A stretch of 63,988 nucleotides of DNA, filler included, from Diploschistes diacapsis (taxonomy: Eukaryota), in assembly GCA_023645945.1 (NCBI GenBank). It is 9 parts of 9 records of this genome, joined end to end, with 100 filler letters (N's around TTAATTAATTAA, not from the genome) between each part and the next. Parts side by side here need not be neighbours in the genome. Positions count along the whole stretch, not along the records: positions 1 to 7,150 come from JALAIB010001312.1; positions 7,251 to 14,397 come from JALAIB010001313.1; 7 more parts are not named here. One strand, given 5' to 3'. Both the position numbers and the translations under genes were made by a program. Position 1 is the first letter of the stretch; each line of letters starts with the position of its first letter. The notes below the pieces were generated by a model. The model was given only the letters and a program-made list of their open reading frames with translations, searched no databases and was not told where the DNA came from. Of this stretch, positions 1-12,100 are shown one piece after another.

Positions 1-206
1 AAAGCTTGAATATTTTTTTAGATTTTTAAAAGGCTTATGGGTGGTATAATAGCTCTATGAAATAGACGCATTTTGGTGTAATTTGGGGGAGGGTCCATTA
101 CTTTTGGCATAGTACTGTAAGTATATTACAAATTGTGCTAAATTGTGCATAAAATTTCATAATCTTATGTAAACGAATGACTCGCTATAACCCGATTGCA
201 TATTAG

Positions 207-267
207 TTATGTTCAAATTGTGTTCAAATTGTGTTTAAATTGTGTTCAAATTATGTTCAAATTGTGT
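207..267. repeat. Short tandem repeat, 11-bp unit (TGTTCAAATTG-like), about 5.5 copies
   Basis: Directly visible ttatgttcaaattgtgttcaaattgtgtttaaattgtgttcaaattatgttcaaattgtgt in AT-rich sequence at the start of the window. Confidence 0.85.
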
Positions 268-644
268 AGCTACAGATTTAACAAATAAAAGTCAACTGCC
301 AAGCCTTCGGGTTTAACGTATTAACTCCCTCCTAGAAAACCCACAGCCTGCTTACTCCTTTTTCTTCTCTTCGACTTTTTCGCCAATAATAAGTATCCTG
401 AGCTATTCAGTCTTGTCCAGGCTGCGCTATACGTTTCCGTCTTCTTTTCTAAAACGGAGGTTCCTTTCATTCACAGCGAAGGAATGAAGGAAGGCCAAGA
501 TTCACCGCACGTCATCTTTGCTTACTGAAATATTCCCACGAAGCAATCAAAGAGCCTGTTTGTCCATAGTCGAAAAGCAAGGCAAGAACATGCAAACTGG
601 CTTGGAGAGACCGAACCAAGCACGATACATCCCAAGCTTTCGCT

Positions 645-3600
645 TCATTTAAGAAGAGATCTAAGATACTCGAGACGGGCCCGCTCGGAGTTTTCCCCAA
701 GCGATTCGGTCTCCGACAGCATGAGCTCTACCAAGACCTTCTTTCGATTTTGAAGCTCGACGATTTGCTGTGAATATACTCAGCTAAGCTAGAAATATGA
801 CGTTCATTCCTCACCTCGTCTAGAGACCCTTTCATCACAAATCTCACTGTCATTACGGGCCTTCTCTGGCCTATACGGTGAACGCGAGCTAGTGCTTGTT
901 CTTCAAAGGTAGGGTTCCACTGTGGTTCCATCAGGTACACTCGAGATGCAGCAGTGAGATCCAGTCTACAATGTTTCAGTAGACTCCTATAGACGACTCT
1001 GAAGAACTCACCCTTCGGCCCCGCACGACAAAGTAAGAAGGAGCACCTTGACTGATGGGTTATTTCGGAAGTTCTCAAACTTCTTGGCACGCTGTTGTCT
1101 TCTAAATGTCCCATCAACTCTCTCGAATCCGATTCTTTCTGCTTCTAGGGATGTCTGGACCAGGTCCAGGGTAGTCCTCCAGGAGGAGAAAACCACACTG
1201 CGTTGGAGGCATCAGAAACAGGTCAGAAATTTCATTCAAGAAAAGGTCAAAGTTACCTTTTCTCGCCCTTAACTGCTTTAAGCTCTCTGCTGATGGCCTC
1301 GACCTTTGCTGGAAGTCCTTCGGATTGCTGGTCAAAGCTCTGTTCCGGCGTCTGAACTCCACTCGGCGTAAGCCTGAGGGCAACGCTTGCGACCGGACAA
1401 GGCGGGTGATGGTGGCACATTGTCCCCCCCGTGAGCTCTATCGAACAAATGCTGCAAAGAAAACGGAAGCACTGTGTTAAATGTGCGGCTCCCATCCTAG
1501 GATCGTCCAAGGAGTCGATATTCAACATGTCATCGAGACCACAGCGAGCGCAGTGCAAAGGTCCGAACGCTGTCAGGCTTTCGAAAGCTTCTTGAGCTTC
1601 GCGTGTTGTCCATTCATCTATCTGATCCTTCCGATGATTTTTTTTTGAAGATTCAAGGTGGGGACAAGCCAGCATACCCATATCACAGAATCTCCGAAGC
1701 AGGTTGATTTTAGTAAGCATGTTCGGGTATGATCGGACCGGCAGATGCTGCGCATCTAGAACATCGTCTAAAGATTGTAGAGTAGCATCTACTAATTTTC
1801 GATACTGGATTGCTTCCCAATTGCTGAACTGTAGTGGAATTATGGTGTTTGTGCGTTCGGGAAGTTCGAGCGTTTTTTTGGAGCGTCTCAACATGATTGC
1901 CAAGGCTAGCTTCTTAAGTCTGGCTGCTGGTTCATGACCCACGTGGGTATCCCAAACATTAATAATATCGGACTGAAAGGCTTCTCTGCTTGTGTACGGA
2001 TGAGCCCTCAAGAACCGCAGGAGGCTTCCAAAGTCACTCAGACGATTGTGGACCGGCGTACCCGTTACTGCCCACCTACAAGCCGCCGTGATCTCCCTTA
2101 CCGCTCTCCAGGACAGTGACTTACAATTTCGGATACAATGGGCCTCATCGATGACAAGTCTATGCCAGCTGGTGGTGAAGATAATGCTAGACTGGCGAGC
2201 CATTTTCTTATATTCATGCAGAACCGTCATCAACGAAGTGAGGACTAGGTGGTATCTATTGCGGACCTCCTCTGCATCTTCTCGAAGCCTGTTGTTGCCA
2301 TAATGTGTTGTCCACCGGAGCTTGCCCGGGTGAGTATGCTTCTGCAACTCAGCTTCCCAGGTCTGCAGTAACGAGGAAGGGACAACAAGCAATGTTACTT
2401 GACCCCTGCATTGGCTACCTACCTTGACGTTAGAGAGCTACTAGACGTACTTCAAGTGTGTTAGGCACGATACCGTTCTTTTCTTTGCTATTGTCTCTGT
2501 CTGAAGCAATTAGGGATATTATGCTCAAAGTCTTCCCGAGGCCCATTTCGTCGGCCAATATACCACCACGAAAGTTAGGTGGCTCCTCCCCGTGGGTTTC
2601 ACCAGTGACGTTATTTATATATCGAGAAGATCCTGGTGCAGCATCTGTTGCGCTCCATATATCCAGGTTTGTCCTAAAGTCCCAGCCTTTTTCTCTATTC
2701 TTCATATAGCAAAGTGCTTGTTTCTGGTGACTATACAAAGTTAGCCAAAAGGAACACTCTTGCTTTGAACGTTCACCTGTATAACAAAGTCTTGATCACG
2801 CTTGGTGTCTGAGCTTCAGGAATTGCTTGCCTTGACTCAAACCCGTCAAGAACATCCAGCGGCTTATCAAAGGACAATATAGTCTTTTTTCTATGGTCTA
2901 TCGCCTGTTGTGCTTCAAAGGTCATGGATGCTTCTTCGTTCAGGCCGGTGAGGCGGTGAGGATTTCGATATTTCACATTCCGAGTGCAGCCACGAGGTTC
3001 TTGCAGAAATCGATCTTGCTCTGTTAGGTAGGTACCTATCTCGCGATATTCATTAAGCGGCCCATAGATGATAGCATTCATTAGCGTAGTGCCAGATGTT
3101 ACCACCTGTGGTAGGATTGCCTGAACAACCATGGTGGGCACTTTAGCTATAGAAGCGAGCACGATTGAATCTGCCTCCCCCAGTGTGCCAAAAATAGTAC
3201 CGTCAGTGCTGGAAATTAATCTTAGGCTGCTATCGTTGCTATCGACATCAAGCGTGACATCAAGAGTGACCCCGATAGATCTTGCATCGAGTAAATCTTG
3301 ATGCTGAATATGCACACGTATATCTGTAAGCTACATATATGTAAACGGGGTCGTTCCTCCCAGAAGCTAGATGTCTTTACCATTCCGAAGCAAACCTGTT
3401 CCTCGCCACTGGCATCAATCTGCGCCGGCAGGGTCGAGAAGGAACTGCAGCTTGAAAGCGCCCTAGGTTTGACAGTTGACAATTCCAAGGAAATCTCCAA
3501 GACTCCGTTTCCGCTCTTGTTCCCGTCAACTCTGTGAACTGCATCCTGTTCAGTCTTATGTATGCGTAGGCCTGGACAATGCTCCTGTCCTTCATGAGGA

Positions 3601-3662
3601 TCCTCGATCTTCTGCCGTTTTCGCTGGGGCTCCTCCCGAATGAGAATTCTGGAGAGATCCAT
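645..3662 (-). CDS. SNF2-family (Rad5/Rad16-like) ATP-dependent helicase, multi-exon
   Basis: Motifs across ORFs 2430-2738, 1253-2392, 1008-1196 and 728-1117: GGILADEMGLGKT (Walker A), LVIDEAH (Walker B), TGTPVHN, degenerate RING-like Cys cluster, MVFSSW, EPQWNP..EEQALARVHRIGQ. Last exon reads QIVELQNRKK...YLRSLLK* with stop at 645-647. Start codon approximate. Confidence 0.88.
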
Positions 3663-4054
3663 CGGACGGTACTCTGAACGCCATTCATCTACAATGTGCC
3701 GATGAGAGTTTATTTGGCAGTTCCAGATAGTCCATAATAAGGTCTTCGTTACCTAGGCACTCACCGGGGCTCGGCTGCACAAGGCTACAACTGCCTACCT
3801 ATCTACTGTATCACAGCCACATCGGTGGCTGTTCATTCTTCAGGCTCTCAGCAGGGCAGACTCAACTCCCTCAGCCTTGTATGCTGACTTAAAAAAGACT
3901 TCACGCCCTGACCGTGAAGAAGCACACTTTCGAGTTCATTATACCAAATGCCATTTTTGTCACTTGACTGAACTGATTTTTGGACAAACAACATACCCAT
4001 GGGTAGATTATCATGTATGATTGAATGCAGCAATTGACTCTAGTCTAGCTCAGC

Positions 4055-4324
4055 ATGACTACGGTGAGTGCTCATGCTACAAGTGTATTAGGGGATGCCT
4101 TCGAAGAAATAAGCTCGGTCATTAAAGCGAACGAAGCTGCTGGCTTCTCTTCTACGAGTCTGTTGAATACATATGAGGTGGCTCTGGCGATTGATGAGAA
4201 GCTCGCCACAAAAGGACGTATCCGCAATATGATCCGTCTGCGAGCATTCTTCGACGGCATCGAGCGTTACGCCAAGGCGATGGAACCCCTGTGTAACGGG
4301 ACCCCCTTCCTGCCTTGGATATGG
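4055..4324 (+). CDS. First exon of a probable fungal NACHT/NLR-like protein (N-terminal helical domain); remainder absent or interrupted
   Basis: RNMIRLRAFFDGIERYAKAMEPLCNGTPFLPWIW resembles the recurring N-terminal segment of fungal NACHT NTPases. It ends at a canonical GTAAGT donor (4325), and mobile DNA begins 18 nt into the intron. Confidence 0.6.
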
Positions 4325-4342
4325 GTAAGTGTTTTGATTCAA

Positions 4343-4693
4343 TAGGCTGGCCGTTTCGTGCCACGGTCACTGACACGGACACTACAGCAAAAATTTTCAA
4401 AACACGGACACTGACACGGACACAACAGTTAAAATTTTAAAACACTGACACTGACACGGACACTGCACTTCCGTGAATCCACGGACACGGACATTGTAAT
4501 TAAAATTTTTAAAACATTAACACTAACACGGACACTGCATTTCCGTAAATTCACGGACACGGATACCGTAATTAAAAAATTTAAAATATTGTTATTAATA
4601 CGGATATTATACTTCCGTGAATCTACGGACACGGACACCGCAGCTAAAAAATCTAAAACACTGACACTGACACAGTCAGTGACGGCCAGCCTA
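4343..4693. mobile_element. Non-autonomous TIR element (MITE) with ACACGG-rich internal repeats
   Basis: 12-bp perfect terminal inverted repeats TAGGCTGGCCGT (4343) and ACGGCCAGCCTA (ends 4693). Many internal ACACGG/ACACTG motifs. The same left end recurs at 42858 and 60701. Confidence 0.85.
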
Positions 4694-6300
4694 TTATATT
4701 CTTTATAAATTAGAAAATAAAGGCATAGAGATTAAAATAATGGCTTAATTATTTTATAAATATATATAGAAATATCACGGTTTATTCTTAATTATTATAT
4801 CCGATAGAAGGATTTAATTCGTTAGTTAACTATAACAGCATCTATACGAGATATTACATATCCGCCTTAAGCTGTTGACGGCCTTTCATTTACAGACGGA
4901 CGGACAGATCGAAAATGTTAATAAAGAAATAGAACGATATTTACGAACCTTCATCTACTATTCGTAAAAGAATTAGGGACGATTGTTACTTATAACAGAA
5001 TTTATTATCAACGCGGCTGAAAATGAATCGACGAGATGCTCGTTATTTTTCGTTATTAGAAAATACGACTTTCGGATGTTATTCGACACCGATAAATTAA
5101 CGGAATAGAAAGTTATTATCCGCGAAAAAATAAATAATCGAGATGCTAATACAATCGCCGAAACCATATAAAACATTTAAAACTTCGTAAAACGATATAT
5201 AACCCTAACGTAAGAGCGATAGAAGCGATACGCGGACGAGTACCGACGCCCCGTTAAAGAGATTAACCCCGGTGATTTAATTTAATTAAACATGCGTAAT
5301 ATCAGAACTACCCGAGCCTATAAGACGTTGAATAATAAATAGAACGGCTCTTATAACGTATTACGAAAATTAAACGACGTCGATTACGAATTAAATTTAT
5401 TAACGTCGATAAAGTAGTTTAAAACCTTTCACTCGTCCTTACTTTTAAAAGACCTACGGGACTTTTTAGAAAGATAAAAGCATCCTAAACCACTTCCAAT
5501 AAAAATAGAAATCGGAGAAGAATAAAAGGTCGAAAAGATTTTTGACGCAAAAAGAGGCCTCGGAAAAGGAATAAACGTCTAATATAAAATACGTTAGGTA
5601 GGATGATTAACCGATAATAGTTAATATTTTATTACGAATTTCGAAAATGCCTTCGATATCTTACGAGAGTTTCATTAACTGAATCCCGAAAAAATAAAAT
5701 CTTTATGATTAACAACGTTTAAGGATAGATAACCCACGCTAATAAGGATTATAAACGGGGGCGAGCTTTTAAGATAAGACAATATCGATCATTACGACGA
5801 TCACGTTTTTTTATAGAATTTAAGAGCATATTTAGCTAAAGACGCCGCCGAAAAAGATTCAAGGATAAAGAAACAGTGATTTTAAAAGAATAACGAGTAT
5901 CATTTTGAAGAAATGTGGTAAAAGGGGTGGAGAACGAGATGTAATATAATATTAAAAAAACTTCGCGCTTGTAGAGATACAAGCATTTAAAAAAAGAAGT
6001 AATGAGATAGATCAGTTTAGGCGCCTGCCAAGCCACTAAGGTCATATAACGGCAGGGTTACATAACGGGTGCCAACCGTATCAAGGATGTTAGGGGGTAA
6101 TATATAGGCGGGTAGAACCCGAGCTCCGTAAGGCTGGCATTTACACACTATTTATTCCTGTTATCCTCCCACTTAAATAGTTTCTTTTGTAGCTTTTCGA
6201 ATCGAGACCTTTTACCTGCAGATGCCCAGCTACACGTAATCCTTCCGGATCAGGCCCAGCCCCCGGTAGTGTAGTATCCCATTCCTGCGCTGGCGTTTCA
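4694..6300 (+). mobile_element. Mutated Ty3/Gypsy chromovirus relic: integrase, chromodomain, PPT and 3' LTR
   Basis: Reading through stops gives TAFHLQTDGQIENVNKEIERYLRTF (Gypsy integrase, about 4877-4950) and EE*KVEKIFDAKR...YKIR*VG*...NFENAFDILREFH (chromodomain, about 5515-5680). Purine tract ttagggggt precedes a 200-bp LTR at 6101-6300 ending in CA. About 5710-6300 is homologous to 28937-29533. Confidence 0.9.
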
Positions 6301-7150
6301 CTTCCCGGTAATTAAAACGATTACGAACGCGGGACCGAATACGCTGGCCTTATTTAAAAGGTCTAAATCGAAAAGATCCGAAAGCTTAAAATCTAAATTA
6401 TAGGACTTTAAGTTGAACAGATTCAAAAATTGAAGTTATATTATTTTAAAAGAACGCGTGTTCTTATTACGCTGGCCAAAGGTAGGCCTAAATAAGAAAT
6501 ACTTGGATCCAGATTCGTCTGCATAGGCCAAAAAAAACCTCCGACCCTTTCTCTTCCTCCGTCAACGATCGAAGTTCAACTAAATTCTTACGCTGAATTC
6601 CATCGATCTCCTTATTAGTTTTCGATATCTAACAGTACTATTACTTATATTGTTGGATCTAGTCGAAACTTTCGATAACCATCAAGACCCAGCCTTATTG
6701 CCGCTGGACCTGCTCGATGACCTCGCCAAGGATCGAAGTTCAACTGAACCCAATACTAAACCCCATCGATCTCTTTCGTTAACTTTCGACAACTAACAGT
6801 ACCGTTACCTTCGCTGTTAAATCTAATCGAAACCCTGGACAACTATCAAGAATTCATTTAACTTTGCTGAACCCTTTCGACCTTTCGATAATCATCGATA
6901 TCCAGCCTTATCGCCGCTAAATTATTTCGATACTTAATAATCGTCGATATTCAGCTTTACCGTTACTGAACCTTTTCGACATTTTTCGATAATTATCGAA
7001 GTTCGGCTAAACTAGGCTGAACCCATTCGATCAAAAAAAGGCAATAAAATGAAGGATAATCTTATACAATAAACAGGTCACGCTTTTAACAATTACTTAT
7101 AGTATTATCATCCGACGAACAGGCTAGCCGACGAATAAAAGAACTAATAA
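6301..7150. repeat. AT-rich mutated repetitive DNA with internal ~165-bp direct repeats (probable transposon relic)
   Basis: Recurring blocks aagttcaact...catcgatctc (about 6572 and 6737, weaker at about 6999) and cagccttat.gccgct; CpA-poor, CpG-retaining composition. Confidence 0.6.
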
Positions 7151-7250
7151 NNNNNNNNNNNNNNNNNNNNNNNNNNNNNNNNNNNNNNNNNNNNTTAATT
7201 AATTAANNNNNNNNNNNNNNNNNNNNNNNNNNNNNNNNNNNNNNNNNNNN
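7151..7250. other. Artificial contig linker (44 N + TTAATTAATTAA + 44 N). Identical linkers at 14398-14497, 21624-21723, 28837-28936, 36028-36127, 43208-43307, 50388-50487 and 57564-57663
   Basis: The same 100-nt pattern occurs eight times; TTAATTAATTAA places stop codons in all six frames. Confidence 0.99.
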
Positions 7251-7373
7251 ATTTATTATTTATTATTTATTATTTATTATTTATTATTTATTATTTATTA
7301 TTTATTATTTATTATTTATTATTTATTATTTATTATTTATTATTTATTATTTATTATTTATTATTTATTATTT
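7251..7373. repeat. (ATTTATT)n heptanucleotide tandem repeat at a contig end
   Basis: Directly visible, about 17 units. Confidence 0.95.
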
Positions 7374-7687
7374 CAGCAATTAGGAGAAAGAAAGGTGTCT
7401 CTATCTCATACAGCTTACGTTTTATCTCCGCGACATCCCCGGAAAAGTCTATACGAGAACTTGCATTCTCGTATTCAGTATTCATCGAGGCACCAACTTC
7501 TTTACCCTGCGCGGCGTCGTGTTATATTGATCTATTCCGACTTGAACCCAGCTTTCTCTCAGCTCCGAAAAAAAAAACCCCTGGATCAAGCTTGCTCTGC
7601 CTTCTGTGATCTGAGTGCCTATTCTCACCCGTCCCCCCCACACTTGTTGAAAGCTCTGTGCAACTGGCCCATAACTGATTGCTACAA

Positions 7688-8349
7688 ATGGCACCTACAG
7701 TCATCCTGATCAGACACGCTCAGGGGTTACACAATGAGACTTATGAGTGCAATCTACCTGTTCAATCCATCCTGGCTGATGTTCTATCGCACTAGACTCC
7801 TCCATCGCTGATCCATCCTTGACAGAGTACGGGCGACAACAATGCCAGGCCCTTGCAATAACACTTCAGAACCTACCTATGATCGATGATGTTGGTCTGA
7901 TAGTAGTGAGTCCAATGAGGAGGACACTGCAGACAGCCTGGGACAGTCTCGGCTTCCTCATGCGGCGAAGTGTACCTGTCATAGTGAGCCCCGACTGGAC
8001 AGAAACTTCTACGGCGGAATGCGACACCGGCTCCAGGGTTGATATCTTGTCTACAGAATTTCCACAATTCAGTTTCGAGCCCGTCTACCCCGAATGGCCC
8101 GAGAAGACGGGCAAGTACGCCTTCACCCAGAGTGCCGTCACTGCACGAGGGCTGGAGTGTCGTCGCTGGCTTAAGAACCGTCCTGAAAAAGCTATCATAG
8201 TAGTTTCACATGCTGATTTTCTATATCAAGGAATATGCTCGGAGACCTTCCAGAATGCGGCTTTTCGGGTCTTCGACTTCGTAGGAGAAGAAGACGTACT
8301 GAAAGAGCGTGTGGACCCAAAAGCAACGAGAATTGCAACGAAGGGCTAG
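7688..8349 (+). CDS. Phosphoglycerate mutase-like histidine phosphatase (first splice donor non-canonical)
   Basis: Exon 1 MAPTVILIRHAQGLHN (RHxxxxHN motif); exon 2 DPSLT...VVSPMRRTLQTA...CDTGS...IIVVSHADFL. Acceptor CTAG ends at 7795. Confidence 0.85.
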
Positions 8350-9159
8350 CTTTTCGTAGCGACAACACCATTTTGTCTACGACAACCCTTCTACCGCCCG
8401 AATCGCACACGCCATTGTACGAACATCTACCTTAGCGCATCTTCTCCACAGAGCCATCGGCGTCTCACAACAGTGTGCCCATTATAAACTGTGCTGGACG
8501 TTGAGCTTGCAAGGTGACTGTATCAACCATTATATACTCCAAGACAGCTGTTGGAGGACCCCGCGGTGTAAGAGCTGGATGAAAGGCGTCGAACAAGCCA
8601 AGTCTAGTCGCAGATTCCAACAAAGTTTCATGCTCGAATTAGTGAATATAAAAACAACATAAGCCATGATAGAACGAAAGTCTTGAACCAGTCGAGAAGG
8701 AGTTAGAGATGACAATTGAAAAAAGGAGCCACGGCTGTGTAGGTTGCTAGGTTGATTGGAGAGGAGAAGCCTGCGGCGGAAAATTTGTGCGGCCGCTTTG
8801 GGGCTAGTCGATACTGTAAACCCGACGCCTACGATTTGTGCAGGAATGTTCACATTATAACAGACATGAGCTGGAGACGCAACCTTGATCACAAACCGTA
8901 TTAGATGTGCCTGTGAAAATTGAATAATCTGCACTTCTCAACTGCTCTTTTTCTATCACGCAAGGGGTCTGCTGCTCGTCCTCTCTTCGCACGCGCACGA
9001 CAACCTCGCGTCCCCAAGCTACCAAAACCAACCACATCCGCAGCACACGTTGAACGCATGAGAGCGTCTTGCAGTTCGACGCCGAGCAGAACGCTCCAGG
9101 GCTGTCTGTTTGACGAGATGGTAGGTTGCGTCGGGCTACTGTGGTAGTTTGAAACGAGC

Positions 9160-12100
9160 ATGTCGCGGTCCTCCAAGGGTTTCGCCGATTTCTTTCCCAC
9201 CGCGCCATCAGTGATTCAGCAGAAGAAATCAAAGATAGCGCAGGAGAAGAACAGACAAGACTCATCTTCATCTCGACCTCCTCCGTCCACTGCCCATACG
9301 CGAGTATCTTCAGACAACGTACTGCTTAATGCAAGGAAAAATGATGGTGCACATCGATCATCTACGAACGGCGTAAACCACGATCGCTCTCTGCACGAGG
9401 CTACTACATTGACGCAGGATGAGAGCGAATCGGTTCAAGGGGACCTGCTCAATGGCGTTGGCTCGGCAAGTTCTACCAGCACCGCATCTTCGGTCTTCGA
9501 CGCGCACAATCGGCAGCACGACCTATCGCAGCAAAACCGAAGTGATAAGACCGAGCTTACGCCCCTCACAACCATTGATTCGTCGTCACCAGGTCAGAAC
9601 AAGAGTCCTGCTTACAGAAAGCAGGATAGCTCGGCAGCTTTGCATCCCGGCACTTCCAGCCGAGCTGCACCTTCCACAATGTCAAGACCTCCCTCTAGCA
9701 TACCAAAGCAACCAGACTTCTCTGGCATGTGTGGCGTGCGGCCAGGGAAGGGCAAGTCGAAGGGGGCGAAGATTATCTATGACCCCGAACTTGACAAAAC
9801 TATCAGCTCCAAAGAGAGGCGCAGCCGGCCACCGCAGTACAAGGACATCGTCTCCGATGTAAGCTAGCTCCTCTCCATTCATGGTCGAAGGCTGACTTGT
9901 GGCAATTGCAGGATAATGAAGAACCGCCTGAAGACCCTCGTCTTCGAATCATGAACTACACCCGCGGTGTCTCCAATCGTCCAAAGATGCGGCTTCGCTC
10001 AGCTCCGTACCTCTTCAAACCATACTCGTACGATCCTCAAACGTCAATAGGGCCAGGGCCACCAGTGAGAATATGTGTGACTGGCTTCGACCCTTTGACG
10101 CCCCAAACTCAACTCGAGCGCCTCTTCTCAAGCTTTGGTGAGATCGTGGACATCAAAAGTGCACAACATCCGACAAACGGGAGCAATCTTGGAATCTGCT
10201 TAATCAAGTTTAAGGACTGCAAATCGCTTCGGGGTGGTCTTCCCGTCACGGCAGCGAGCGCAGCGAAAAAGGCATACCACGAATGCAGGGCTGGGCAGCA
10301 CCGGATAGGGCAGCGACCCATCCTGGCTGCACTCGATCGCGATGGTACGGTCGGTAGACAGACAATCAATAAGACACTGGAGAGGCTACAGCCACGACGG
10401 GCACCGTCTAGAATACCACCTCCACCACCCCCACCACCAAGGAGAGAAGATACCTTCGTCATTCCCGGACCTCCTCCCGATGCGCCACGTGGCCCTTCAG
10501 GTAGACCTTCTATCCGACCGCCCGCTCCGGCTGCTCCCACCGGGCTTCCTTCGCAGAAAGCCGGAGTCCCAAATCTTGTCGAAGAGACGCCGGTGATAGA
10601 TAACATAGCCCGCGACCCATACATCTTCATCTCCCACGAGCATGTACCTGTCTTAAGCACGACCATCCCGCACTTGAAGAAAAGGATGAAGATCTTCGAC
10701 TGGAAGGACGTGCGCTGCGACAAGAGCGGTTATTACATCGTATTCAGTAACTCTCGCGCCGGCGAAGAAGAAGCATCTCGATGCTTCGGTATGTGCCATG
10801 GAACTCCCTTGTTCACATATGTAATGGAAATGGAGTGTCAAAAGTATGGAAACCCCAATTATGAGAGACCGCCGAGTCCGGAAACCGCCTTGGCAGAGCA
10901 GGCTCGAAAAGTTGAAGAGGAGAAGCGCCAGAAAGAGACTGCGCTGGATCTAGAAGAGGAAAAGCAGCTGCGAGCCGTAAATGTCGATCCTGTTAGGGAA
11001 GTGGTCGATGTTATGCGGCGGGAGTTGAAAGCCAAGCTCTTGGAGGACGTCAAGGCTAGGATTACCGGACTTGCGCTCCTCGATTTTCTAAAACCGGACC
11101 GCCACGTGGAGAAACGGCGCAAATTTAATGTTGACGATCCTCCTAACAGCAGAAATCCGCGCATCCACCTTGACAGGAGTTTTGATGGCCCGCTGCTGGG
11201 CACGCCCGAGTACAGCAGCGAGATGCTCTTCTCCGGCCGCAGACCACTGGCCTCTGCCGCATTGAATATTGCTTCTCTTCCCAGAATGAAAAAGGGTCTC
11301 CACAAGAGGGAAAACATCGGCTTCGTAGATGAACGACGTAAACAACGCCTTTCAAGGAGGTCAGATGTCCGGGGGCTCCATCACCGACTCCATCAGATCC
11401 AAGATGACGATGAGTCAGAGGACGAGCAACGCGTTTCGCTGACCAGGGACACCGAAGAGCAGGAGTCGAGGCCTATCAGTCGAATGAGCGTGGAACCGGC
11501 GAGCTCGGATCAAGAGTACGATTCTGACATAGGTCGGAAAGTTCGCAAGAGAGGGCCAGCCTGGGGTGGTGATGAAAGTGAAGATGAAGATGAGCCCGCG
11601 CCCACAATTGAAGATCAGGAAGATTCAGAGATTGTCCAGTTGCAAAGGTCATTGGACGAACTTCCATCCAGCTCGAGAAAACGGAAGCGACTACTTGAAG
11701 AGCTTGCCGAGAGGAAACGTCAAAAGCTAGGCCTCGAATCCGCAAGCACTCCCCTCCGCGATGAGGAAGTCAAGCTCGAGTCGGACATTGACCGATCTTC
11801 GGTTGCAGAGATTAGAGACGAAAGCGCCACGGCAACACCACAGCTTGCGGAAGGAGAGGGGGAAGAAGCGTTGCCAAAAGCCCCCGTAAAGAAGCCCAGA
11901 GCGAAAAAGAAGAGCAAGAAACAGATATTTGAGGAACGTCAAGCTGCAGAGAAGAAGGCTAGACTATTGGAAGAGTTTATGGAGAAGGCTACGGTTGTTG
12001 AAGAAGTCAAGCCCCCAACTCCTGAACCCGAGCCAGAGCCCGAAGTACCAGAAGGAATAATCACAGGGCCCATCGTAGATGGTGTGAAATGGAGTGTTTC

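Noticed and set aside
4343..4693. CRISPR-like look of regularly spaced ACACGG repeats (also 42858-43207)
   Set aside because: Eukaryotic context, spacers are themselves repetitive, no cas genes, and the array is bounded by TIRs.
5201..5209. AACCCTAAC match as an alternative telomerase template
   Set aside because: Lies inside a mutated Gypsy pol relic with no supporting structure.
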